A DNA stretch of 18,383 nucleotides from a virus (IMGVR_UViG_3300044796_000656); one strand, 5' to 3'; shown: positions 1 to 8,164, counted from the first letter of the stretch. The notes: generated by a model from the sequence alone, not told the origin. A program made the numbers and translations.

Positions 1-1
1 C

Positions 2-1192
2 GTGTGGCCATCGGCCGCGTCGGCTGAACTCTTCGATCAGTCGGTTCATAAGATCATCGGGAAGTGTCATCGGGCTTTGTACTTTGGTTGGACCGCGGCG
101 GAAGTGACTAACCAAGTCGATGCACAGGCATCCTGGAAGTTCGTTACCGGGCGACTGCTGGAGAACGCGTTGACGGAATTGGCTGCCAAGCCTTTGGAAG
201 ATACGAATATCCATGTCGCCAGCGGCGTGCGCATCTTCGTGCCTGACGTCCTGTTGAGTTTCGAACTCGATCTGGTAGTCAGAAATCCGAAGAACAATCG
301 TGCAGTAATCGTCGAGAATAAGACTTTCTCCTCGAAGAACTACACGGCTGCCAAGGACATTCTCAAAGACGGCAAGGCGAAGCCGGAAAATCTCATGCAA
401 ACCATAATTTATTTGTATGAGATACGCACGGGAGCCCGTCTGCGTCAGTTGATCTTGGAGGGTATCGCCGACCGCCAGACCAAAGACCGCAAGAAGGCCG
501 AGCTGGAAGCCCGTGGCATTCCGTATTCCCATCGTAACCGGATCGAGGTCTCGTACGAGAACCTCGAACTGATCGACGACGGTCCCATTACCGCCAAACT
601 CACATACCTTGACCGCTCCGACGGCGGGTGCGCTGAGTACGACGTGACGATCGAGGAAGACCTCGACGGTTTGCATTACCCGGTCGTGTCGTTCAATGGT
701 GGCGAACCCCAGACCTACAAGAACTGGGCGATCGAGTCCATCTACGCGCGCTTCAAGAAGTTGCAGGCGTTCTACTACGAGGCGCGGCAGAAGGCCGAGA
801 TCATGTTGGCCGAGCAGGGCATCCTCCCGCCGGAGGAGCCAGATGAGATCTTCGGTTTGCCCGAAGACAAGGCCAAGTACCGGGAACAGACGACCGAGTA
901 CTGGAAGACGCTGGGCGAAGCCATGCGGAATCTCCCGAAGGAGTTCTTGCCAGCGGCCGAGTACGAGTTTACCTACGAACCTGACAAGATCGAGGAGATG
1001 TGGTCTCGCGGGTTGATAGCCAAGACTCGTTACGAGGGCTGGAAGAAACACCATAAGGGCAAGGAACGCATTGGTGACTGGCAATGTGCCTACTGCGACT
1101 TCAGGCTCCACTGCCAGAAGATCGAAAATCCGCAGATGGCCTATCTCATCCAGGATATCAATGCGGCTGTCGATGAGGAGGTTGGCGCATGA
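2..1192 (+). CDS. PD-(D/E)XK nuclease, Cas4/AddB/RecB-like with Fe-S cysteines (5' end probably truncated by window)
   Basis: Catalytic-type motifs ELDLVV...VENKT (D...ExK) and MQTIIY (QxxxY). An N-terminal Cys (GKCHRALY) and C-terminal CAYCDFRLHC form the 1+3 Cys staple. Confidence 0.8.
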   Translation: MWPSAASAELFDQSVHKIIGKCHRALYFGWTAAEVTNQVDAQASWKFVTGRLLENALTELAAKPLEDTNIHVASGVRIFVPDVLLSFELDLVVRNPKNNRAVIVENKTFSSKNYTAAKDILKDGKAKPENLMQTIIYLYEIRTGARLRQLILEGIADRQTKDRKKAELEARGIPYSHRNRIEVSYENLELIDDGPITAKLTYLDRSDGGCAEYDVTIEEDLDGLHYPVVSFNGGEPQTYKNWAIESIYARFKKLQAFYYEARQKAEIMLAEQGILPPEEPDEIFGLPEDKAKYREQTTEYWKTLGEAMRNLPKEFLPAAEYEFTYEPDKIEEMWSRGLIAKTRYEGWKKHHKGKERIGDWQCAYCDFRLHCQKIENPQMAYLIQDINAAVDEEVGA

Positions 1193-1920
1193 ATGCAGCT
1201 CCAGTAGTTGCCAGCGGACCTCTGGTTCCGATCGAACATGAGGTTATACCCGACGAAGACGAGATCCCTTTCGATTTCGAGCCGGCGGGAGTCGCGGCGG
1301 CCGTGGTAGCCGAGGCGGCAGAAGCAGCAGTAGCTGAGTTGCCGACGGAGGTTGTACCTCCGCCGGCGGCCGAGCCTGTACCTGAGCAGACACCTGAACC
1401 TGAGCCGGAACCCGTGGCAGAAGTTCCGGAGCAAGAAGCCTATGTTCCGGTTCCGAATCTCGATCACATGCGGATCAAGCACATCATCGCGATCACGTCG
1501 CCCAAGCAGTTCAAGGCGATCTTTGCTTCGTTTGAAGACCAGATCGAAACCGTGATCGAGCCCCTCGGGGTGCTCCTGAACAAAGTCATCATGACTCGGG
1601 ACGTTACCAGTCTGGAGCAGCATGCTGCTGAGACTGACTCGTACCGGGGGCGGGTATCTCGTTTCCTGTCCCTGGCTGTGGCGTTTGTCGAACATGGCAA
1701 GAGCAGTCACTTCATGTTGCACAAGTCTAAGGGTATCGCGGAGTTCGACCGTGAAGCCCATCGACGCAGTATGACCTCAGGGTACATCGGCTTGCAGGTG
1801 CGTCTTGAAGGTCTGCTTCAGGACATCGATAACCGGGTGAACAACTGTAAGAAGTTCCGGGATCAGGAGGCCGCTGGGTTTAAGAACTTCGGCGGCGCCG
1901 TCGGCGGCCGGCCGCAATGA
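1189..1920 (+). CDS. Helical protein with acidic Pro/Glu/Ala-rich N-terminal arm; putative UvsY-like recombination mediator
   Basis: ATGA overlap with the upstream gene. The ~95-aa N-terminus is low-complexity. The helical C-terminal half has motifs resembling recalled T4 UvsY. The gene sits just upstream of recA. Confidence 0.55.
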   Translation: MNAAPVVASGPLVPIEHEVIPDEDEIPFDFEPAGVAAAVVAEAAEAAVAELPTEVVPPPAAEPVPEQTPEPEPEPVAEVPEQEAYVPVPNLDHMRIKHIIAITSPKQFKAIFASFEDQIETVIEPLGVLLNKVIMTRDVTSLEQHAAETDSYRGRVSRFLSLAVAFVEHGKSSHFMLHKSKGIAEFDREAHRRSMTSGYIGLQVRLEGLLQDIDNRVNNCKKFRDQEAAGFKNFGGAVGGRPQ

Positions 1921-2117
1921 AGACCGTAGTAGAAATCAGGTTGTGCTTTGAGTTTGATGGCGACCGCGCAGATGACAAGATTGAAGATGCGGCTGTTTGG
2001 CTTGCCAATTACCTCAAGGATTACCACATTCCTGACCTGGTGTGCGCGACCAGTCATTATTCACCGATCGGTGAGTACGACAAGTTGAGCACCACATCCA
2101 CGGTGTATCTGAAATAA
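1917..2117 (+). CDS. Hypothetical protein (66 aa)
   Basis: ATGA overlap with the upstream stop; fills the gap to the recA RBS. Confidence 0.7.
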   Translation: MKTVVEIRLCFEFDGDRADDKIEDAAVWLANYLKDYHIPDLVCATSHYSPIGEYDKLSTTSTVYLK

Positions 2118-2125
2118 GGAGCACT

Positions 2126-3289
2126 ATGCCACCGAAGAAGAAAGCGGTGAAAGACGAAGCACCGCTCAGTATCAATGAGCAGCTCGATGAGAAGTTGTCT
2201 GCGACAAAAGCGGGAGATCAGTCGTTGATCGATTTGTTCCAGTATGCAGATGAGTTCTCAGACATGGAACTGGAGTGCATTTCAACCGGTTTTCCGTCGA
2301 TGGATCTCGCGCTGCATCCGAAGTTACTCGGCATGCCACGGGGTCGAGATGTTGAGATCTCCACGGCTGACGGGAACATCGGAAAGACGTCACTGGCAGT
2401 ACAGATCGCCGCGCACTGGCAGTCACTCGGTTACATGACCGGGATCGCCGAGCCAGAAAAGACCAATACAGCGTCCTATCTGAATCAGTTGGGATTGATC
2501 ACGGACCCGAAGATCGCGAACGACAAGTACGCCGTCCGCATCATGCGACCGTCGTGGGATTTCTCCAGCGATGAGAAGATCCTGTATTCGGCCGAGCAGT
2601 TCTTGAACGCCATCGGAGCCGCGTCGCAGGTACTCGATCTGATCATCGTGGATTCGGTTGACGCCCTGGTACAGAAGGCCGACCTCGACAAAGACAACGA
2701 CGACAATAAACAAGTCGGCGGGATCTCGAAACTGTTGAGCGAGTACTTCAGACCTCAGACGGCAAAGAAGGCCACAGTCGTCTGGATTAACCAGCAGCGG
2801 ACCAAGGTCGGAGCCTTCAGTCCGTCGGGCGCCACTGTGATGGTGACTCCAGGCGGCAAGGCGATTCCGTTCTACTCTTCGATCCGCATTAAGGGTTCGC
2901 GCGTTCAGGCCTTGAAAGAAGGCGACAACGATCCATACGGTTTCATTACCGAATGGACTATCTACAAGAACAAGTGCGCTCCCCAGGATCGCACGTTCAA
3001 GTTGCCGTATATCCATGGAGAAGGTTTCTCCAAGGCATACGACACCTTCAACCTCGCGCTCAAGATGAAGATCATCGAGAAGTCGGGTGCGTGGTATCAG
3101 TATCCGGTCGGCGACGTGAAGAAGAAACCTGAACTGAAAGACGTCCAGGGATTCCTGCGCGCCCAGGGTGCTCGTAACTTCTACCAGGCGATGCGCGATA
3201 ATCCGGCCACGTTCGGCGCGATTCAGCAACTCATCGACGGGGAAGACGTCGAGGTCTCGGCGGTCGTCGAGCAATCGTTAAGTGCCTAA
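2126..3289 (+). CDS. recA: RecA/UvsX-like recombinase (divergent, element-encoded)
   Basis: SD AAGGAG. RecA-collinear motifs STGFPSMDLAL, GMPRGRDVEI, GKTS, IIVDSVDAL, WINQQRTKVG, TPGGKAIPFYSSIRI, KNK, IEKSGAWY and QGARN...RDNP. Confidence 0.93.
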   Translation: MPPKKKAVKDEAPLSINEQLDEKLSATKAGDQSLIDLFQYADEFSDMELECISTGFPSMDLALHPKLLGMPRGRDVEISTADGNIGKTSLAVQIAAHWQSLGYMTGIAEPEKTNTASYLNQLGLITDPKIANDKYAVRIMRPSWDFSSDEKILYSAEQFLNAIGAASQVLDLIIVDSVDALVQKADLDKDNDDNKQVGGISKLLSEYFRPQTAKKATVVWINQQRTKVGAFSPSGATVMVTPGGKAIPFYSSIRIKGSRVQALKEGDNDPYGFITEWTIYKNKCAPQDRTFKLPYIHGEGFSKAYDTFNLALKMKIIEKSGAWYQYPVGDVKKKPELKDVQGFLRAQGARNFYQAMRDNPATFGAIQQLIDGEDVEVSAVVEQSLSA

Positions 3290-3962
3290 CGCCTATCGCA
3301 GGCTCGTCGTCACCGGCGAGCCCTGCGAGATGGCCGAGGTGTGCAAGAACTCTCCCAGGAACACTGCGCAGACGTTGGCCCGTTGTAGTGGGTGTCGGTG
3401 GTCTCCGGAAGAACCCAATGGCAAAGACTGTTACAAGCCCAAAGATAAGTACGCGGTCTTCCCGCGCCGCGAGGAAGCGGAACGGAAAGAAGCCAAAGAG
3501 CGATTGGCGGCCAGGAGAGAACAACGCGGTCAGAAGGACCGGAGTCGGGTCCTAATCAACCGCCGGGCTGAACGTGCAGAACGTAAGACCGAGCGGAACA
3601 TCATCAAGGCGACTGTCAATTCAGGGCGCTCCAATAACGATGGGGACCATATTTCAGATGGTTCCATCGTACTCGATACCAAGATGCAATCCACCAGGGA
3701 ACATCCGGTGGTCAAGCTGGATGAACTAGCCAAGGTTCGCTTGCAGGCCCGCCGGGCCGGTTATGCGATCGGGGCGCTGGTGTTACGCAACAAGAACAAC
3801 TTCGGTGTCGTGTGCCTAGCAGAAGACGATTATGCGCGTCTGGTTTCAGGAAGAGGTAATCATGAGCAGACTTCAGAGTCTGGAAGTGGCGAAGGAACAG
3901 TTGAAACCTTATCTGCCACAGTATCTAGCGTCACAGGGAGTCCGATTCAGTCCGGGTCGTAA
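3282..3962 (+). CDS. Hjc-like PD-(D/E)XK Holliday junction resolvase/nuclease with N-terminal Cys-rich domain
   Basis: C-terminal ERKTE...SGRSNNDGDH...VLDTK...LAKVRLQARRAG...LVLR pattern typical of phage Hjc-like resolvases. Five Cys in the N-terminal ~50 aa. GTG start overlaps the recA stop. Confidence 0.6.
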   Translation: MPNAYRRLVVTGEPCEMAEVCKNSPRNTAQTLARCSGCRWSPEEPNGKDCYKPKDKYAVFPRREEAERKEAKERLAARREQRGQKDRSRVLINRRAERAERKTERNIIKATVNSGRSNNDGDHISDGSIVLDTKMQSTREHPVVKLDELAKVRLQARRAGYAIGALVLRNKNNFGVVCLAEDDYARLVSGRGNHEQTSESGSGEGTVETLSATVSSVTGSPIQSGS

Positions 3963-6459
3963 CTTCCGTTGTATCAGTCCGACGCATGACGATCGTGACC
4001 CCTCAATGGGTCTGGTTCGTGGAAACCAGAACATCTTCCACTGTTTCGGATGCGGAATAAAGGGTGACATCTTTCTCGCCGCGCATTTGTTGGAGAACAA
4101 GCCGCTTACCGGGAAAGGGTTTGTCGTCGAGAACCTGAAGTACCTGGCCAATCAGTTTGGCGTCGAAGTCGAAGACTACCAACTCACAGAAGAAGAGATC
4201 TATGAGATGGAAGTCAAGCATGCCTGCGCGCATGCGTCAGGAATCCTGACGTCTTCGGTGGTGAACGATCTTGTACGTGCGCGCGTCGCCGATATGGGTT
4301 GGCGGCCGGAGACTCTGCACGACCTTGGAATCGGATCGGTAGCGAGTTTCGATGACTACATGGAACGTATGACCCAGCAGTACGGCTATGACCAGCGTTT
4401 TCTTGAAAGCATCGATCTAGCGAACCGGGGGATATTCAATTCCAATAATCTGGTCTTCACCGTCTGTGATGAAGCTGGGGCGCCGATCGGTTTCGCCTCC
4501 AGGAGTCTGACGTACGAGGCAGACCGGGTTAAGTACGAAGCGACGGTCGCGGATATCGAGGAACATAACCACGATGTCGGCCGGGCGGAAGCTGCAATAC
4601 GCAGTCAGGTCAAACCGTTAAAGTACGTCAACACGTCCGTCCGAAACAAGTTCTACCAGAAGATCCGACGGCTGTTCGGGTTTCAACTGGCCAAGAAGTT
4701 CTGCCCGCCATTGTTCGTGATGGAGGGTTACCCTGACGCAGCCACGGCAATCGATCGCGGGCTTCGTAATACCTGCGCGATTGGCTCTACGGCGTTCACC
4801 AGGGAACATGTGGACGTCATTCTGAACTGCGGCATCAAGCACATCATCATTGTGCTCGACGGCGACAATGCGGGATACGAGGGAACCGACCGCGCGGTCA
4901 AGATCATCGAGGAAGCAGTTGGCGAGCGCGTCGGCCTCAAGGTCGAGTTGATCCAGATGCCGGAGGGATCTGACGATCCCGATCGTTTCATCCGGCTGTA
5001 TGGGGTCGATGAATTCTTGAAACTTCCTCGCTACGACATCTTCTCCTGGAAGGTGAAGCGCGAGATCGAGGCCGGCCACGATCCGATCATCCTGGCGAAC
5101 GAGGCTGTTCCGCTCATCGTCAACGATCCGAACTACCTGAACCGGTTGGCAAAGATCAAGAAACTGTCCCAGGCCACGGGCGTCGATGAAGAATTCCTGC
5201 GTCTCGAAGTGAAGCGTAGGGTCGATCAGGACGTCATTCGCATTGGCGAGGAGCGCAAGCTCGTTGTCACGCGCATGGTCAGCGACATGAAGAAGTCTCC
5301 CGACGCAGTGGCGGAGATCGTGCGTCAGGGACTGAGCCAGATCGAAGCCATCGAGAAACGCAAGGACGGGTACGAACCGAAGAACGTCCTGGCGGCTATC
5401 ACGTATGTCTTCGACCGGCAAGAGAATCATGTAACTGATGTTGGAATCGCAACCGGGTGGCCAATCTGGGATAAGCAGCTTGGTGGACTTCCTGACGGCG
5501 CCGGTTTTATCAGTTGTCCTGGAAAACCGAACCAGGGGAAGACGAGCGTCTGCTCGAACCTGGCACACAGGATTCCGGATCTTAACGACAACGCCATCAC
5601 GATGTTTCATTCGGTCGATGATTCGTTAGAGAAGGCGATTCCTCGTATCCTCGGGTCCAAGTATCAGCTTCCGTCGAAGCTCTGGCAGAAGTCTGGCTTC
5701 TACCTGAAGGGCGACGGCCGGCCGATCATAGCGGAGAAGTATCCGGACTTCCCGCAGATCTACTACGAGTCACAGAAGTGGCTTCAACAGATGATCTCGG
5801 ACGAGAAGTTAGTCCTGGCCGACATCAACCTGCTGCCAGGATCTCTACCGGCGCTCGAAAGCTGGCTGAAGATCATCCGCCAGCGGTTCCCGAACGAACG
5901 CATCGTCTGCATGGGCGATAACTTCGCGCTCTATCAACTTGAAGTCGAAAGCGACAGTGAAGCAGTGCGCGCGCGGCGCAAGTCCATGTTCGTAAAGCGT
6001 CTGGCGAATGAATACCAGGCGTGTCTGTTCATGACGTGCGAGTTAACCAAGGAGTCCTTGAAGCCCGGCATGCGGCCACGCATGGGCAACATCAAGGACA
6101 CCCAGGGAGTAGCCTACGACGCGGACGCTAACCTTGGTGTTTACAACGACTTAAAAGACCGTGGCGATTCCGCCGATCTCGTCTGGGGCGATCCGAACGA
6201 ACTGGTTCGTGTCTCCGTCGAGGGCGTCGAGCAGATGGCACCTCGGCGTAAACCGGTTCTGGAACTTGTCTGTGACAAGAACAAGTTATCGGATTACGAC
6301 GGTTGTATCTACTACGAATTCGATCAAGTCACGGCCGAGATGCGGGAGTGTTCCGAATCCGAACAAGCAATCTTCCGGGCTCGGGCCGAAAAGATCACGT
6401 CGCGGACCATCGCGGCGCAGATCGGCAATTCCTCAGCTCCGTACAGACAGCAGTTTTAA
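3862..6459 (+). CDS. DnaG-type primase / DnaB-type helicase fusion (865 aa)
   Basis: Start moved to ATG 3862 (SD GAGG). CHC2 zinc finger (CISPTH...HCFGC), GFASRSL, KYVNT, TOPRIM motifs (MEGYPD, LDGDNAG, DPD), then helicase Walker A GKPNQGKTS, RPRMGNIKDTQGVAYDAD and KNK. Confidence 0.9.
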   Translation: MSRLQSLEVAKEQLKPYLPQYLASQGVRFSPGRNFRCISPTHDDRDPSMGLVRGNQNIFHCFGCGIKGDIFLAAHLLENKPLTGKGFVVENLKYLANQFGVEVEDYQLTEEEIYEMEVKHACAHASGILTSSVVNDLVRARVADMGWRPETLHDLGIGSVASFDDYMERMTQQYGYDQRFLESIDLANRGIFNSNNLVFTVCDEAGAPIGFASRSLTYEADRVKYEATVADIEEHNHDVGRAEAAIRSQVKPLKYVNTSVRNKFYQKIRRLFGFQLAKKFCPPLFVMEGYPDAATAIDRGLRNTCAIGSTAFTREHVDVILNCGIKHIIIVLDGDNAGYEGTDRAVKIIEEAVGERVGLKVELIQMPEGSDDPDRFIRLYGVDEFLKLPRYDIFSWKVKREIEAGHDPIILANEAVPLIVNDPNYLNRLAKIKKLSQATGVDEEFLRLEVKRRVDQDVIRIGEERKLVVTRMVSDMKKSPDAVAEIVRQGLSQIEAIEKRKDGYEPKNVLAAITYVFDRQENHVTDVGIATGWPIWDKQLGGLPDGAGFISCPGKPNQGKTSVCSNLAHRIPDLNDNAITMFHSVDDSLEKAIPRILGSKYQLPSKLWQKSGFYLKGDGRPIIAEKYPDFPQIYYESQKWLQQMISDEKLVLADINLLPGSLPALESWLKIIRQRFPNERIVCMGDNFALYQLEVESDSEAVRARRKSMFVKRLANEYQACLFMTCELTKESLKPGMRPRMGNIKDTQGVAYDADANLGVYNDLKDRGDSADLVWGDPNELVRVSVEGVEQMAPRRKPVLELVCDKNKLSDYDGCIYYEFDQVTAEMRECSESEQAIFRARAEKITSRTIAAQIGNSSAPYRQQF

Positions 6460-6507
6460 CCCGTTGGGCGCTTAGGCGCCTGACCCTAACCTCAAGGAGA
6501 TTTACCA

Positions 6508-6750
6508 ATGAGCAAGCGTGTATCTGCCGAGGAGAAGATCCTCAACTACTTCGAGTCAGCCTCGATTCCCGAAGCCAAGGTGCTTCTCAATGTCGTCATC
6601 GCCCGCATGAAGCAGCGCGAGGCCGCCATTGCGCCCGCAGTCGCCGCCAAGAAGCCGGTAGTGAAAGCGCGCGCGCCTCGCCGCACCAAGGCCCAGATGG
6701 CCGCCGCGGCCACTGCATCGGCCCCGACAACCGACCAGGTTGCCGCCTAA
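6508..6750 (+). CDS. Small basic Ala/Lys-rich protein, possible nucleoid/DNA-binding protein
   Basis: SD AAGGAG. Helical N-terminal half followed by an AAKKPVVKARAPRRTKAQMAAAA tail. Confidence 0.75.
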   Translation: MSKRVSAEEKILNYFESASIPEAKVLLNVVIARMKQREAAIAPAVAAKKPVVKARAPRRTKAQMAAAATASAPTTDQVAA

Positions 6751-6939
6751 GTGCCTCTGTACCAGGTGACAACCAACTACTTCTGCTGCGGAATCGTGGT
6801 GGAACGTGACAAGACCGGGCGCGGCTTCGTAACCGAGGCCGCCCCGATCCTGCACTGGACTGTCGGCAAGTCTGCTGACGAAATCCGGGAATGGCTCAGG
6901 AAGAAAAAGGCGAAAGTCGTACTCGTATCGGAGAAATAA
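6751..6939 (+). CDS. Small hypothetical phage protein (62 aa)
   Basis: GTG immediately after the upstream TAA. The YQVTxxYFCCGIVV...EAAPILHWTVGKS pattern resembles recalled small phage proteins of unknown function. Confidence 0.7.
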   Translation: MPLYQVTTNYFCCGIVVERDKTGRGFVTEAAPILHWTVGKSADEIREWLRKKKAKVVLVSEK

Positions 6940-6948
6940 GGAGGGCTT

Positions 6949-7059
6949 GTGTTTCCTGCAATCGTGCTTTTATTTATCGCGTCGCTCATCGTAGCCAAGT
7001 CATCTCCGGATGCCGCTGAGATCGAGCGCAAAGCAAGAAAGGCGGCAATTAGAAAATGA
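6949..7059 (+). CDS. 36-aa small protein with N-terminal hydrophobic segment (not in ORF track)
   Basis: SD AAGGAG, GTG start, MFPAIVLLFIASLIVAKSSPDAAEIERKARKAAIRK; its stop overlaps the next ATG (ATGA). Confidence 0.65.
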   Translation: MFPAIVLLFIASLIVAKSSPDAAEIERKARKAAIRK

Positions 7060-7511
7060 GTGAAGTACATCTTGTAGTAGTTCCTGAAACTGACAAAACG
7101 AACATGGATATCGCGGGTGCGTTTTCTACGATCAGAAAAGCACAGAAGTTCCGTCGTGAACAGTTCGACCCCAAAGAGCCCCGCCCGCATATCTGGAGTT
7201 TTACGATCGACCATGGGCTTGATCGCCCGAAGAAGATATTCGCGACCGAATGGCATGTCTGCCTGGAATGCGGTTATACACCTGGCAAGAATCCCCACGT
7301 CAACGTGAACCGCATAGAAATTCTGCCGGCAGATGAGCCCGCTAACAATGAGTGCGCCTGCCTGGCTGGCAACCGCAGCAGCACGGATGGGATGGGTTGT
7401 TACGCCAACGGGTATTCCCTGAAAAGTCCTAAGCACGCCCTCCGCCTGGCTAACAGACTCCGCAGAGAGTGGTTGAAGGCGCGTCCGTCAATCAAACCGG
7501 TGCGTCGATGA
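7056..7511 (+). CDS. Hypothetical phage protein (151 aa)
   Basis: ATGA overlaps at both ends; protein-like composition. Confidence 0.75.
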   Translation: MSEVHLVVVPETDKTNMDIAGAFSTIRKAQKFRREQFDPKEPRPHIWSFTIDHGLDRPKKIFATEWHVCLECGYTPGKNPHVNVNRIEILPADEPANNECACLAGNRSSTDGMGCYANGYSLKSPKHALRLANRLRREWLKARPSIKPVRR

Positions 7512-7942
7512 TTTCCATCGAAGACCGCGCGGCATTTCTCTATCAGCTCCGAAACCGGATCAGAACTCAAGACAACCGCATTACGGCGGACCCGTTGTTT
7601 GTCGTGTTCGAGAAGTTTAAGTTCTGCGGACTGGACCCTCAGTTTGCGGACGATGATCAGATCGAATGGCAGTCCGTCGATGGTGAGTATGTGATCGAGG
7701 GAGACGAACGCGAGGCACTGGAGAAGAAGTTCCAGGAGACCGGCGAGATAGATACAGATCACCAGCGGGTTGCCTTCCGAGAGTTCGACAGGTTCATCAC
7801 CGCCTGCTTTACCGAGGCCGCCGCCGATGCATTCATCGCGGCCAACAAAAATAACCTGAAGAAACCCTACGTCTATGTGGTCAGTCTTCAGCGCAATCCC
7901 GAGATGAAGATGATCCGGGATCTCCTGCGAGGTGAGAATTGA
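7508..7942 (+). CDS. Ead/Ea22-like phage protein
   Basis: Start moved to the ATGA overlap at 7508. IRTQDNRITADPLFVVFEK...FITACFTEAAADAFIAANKNNLKKPYVYV.S..RNPEM matches the recalled Ead/Ea22-like family pattern. Confidence 0.7.
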   Translation: MISIEDRAAFLYQLRNRIRTQDNRITADPLFVVFEKFKFCGLDPQFADDDQIEWQSVDGEYVIEGDEREALEKKFQETGEIDTDHQRVAFREFDRFITACFTEAAADAFIAANKNNLKKPYVYVVSLQRNPEMKMIRDLLRGEN

Positions 7943-8139
7943 AAGCTGTACGTCGTACGTTTGAAGCAGTTAAGTACCCTGAGGGAAGTCCCAAACGGGC
8001 GGAGTTAAACAAAAGCACTCTAACCAGCGAGTACATGCCCAGTTACAAGTACGTCATTTGCAACGATGACGGCATACCAACTGTGTGTTGCTACCGGACC
8101 AAGGGTGAGGCTGAAAGCATGTTGGGAATCCGACCATAA
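7939..8139 (+). CDS. Hypothetical protein (66 aa)
   Basis: TTGA overlap with the upstream stop; in operon orientation. Confidence 0.65.
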   Translation: MKAVRRTFEAVKYPEGSPKRAELNKSTLTSEYMPSYKYVICNDDGIPTVCCYRTKGEAESMLGIRP

Positions 8140-8164
8140 CTAAAGCCGAAGAAGGGAACTAAAA

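Noticed and set aside
2-1192. Cas4-like genes as evidence of a CRISPR-Cas system
   Set aside because: No repeat-spacer array, cas1, cas2 or effector genes were seen; solo Cas4-like nucleases are common in phage recombination modules.
1381-1420. CCTGA(A/G)C-type short repeats as a DNA repeat element
   Set aside because: They simply encode the PEPEPEP low-complexity linker.
3832-3861. Upstream starts given by the ORF track (3832, 7469, 8976, 11281, 12245, 12608, 15648)
   Set aside because: Downstream starts have properly spaced SD sequences or stop/start overlaps (3862, 7508, 9030, 11323, 12248, 12626, 15723).
4618-5610. 330-aa antisense ORF within the primase-helicase (likewise 2423-3274, 1141-1761, 9510-10493, 6777-7436)
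   Set aside because: Antisense shadows of well-supported + strand genes; no SD, no motifs, and contrary to the operon direction.
6303-6809. 168-aa + strand ORF overlapping the helicase end and the 6508 gene
   Set aside because: R/G/S-rich shadow frame with no SD; the 6508 ORF has a strong SD.
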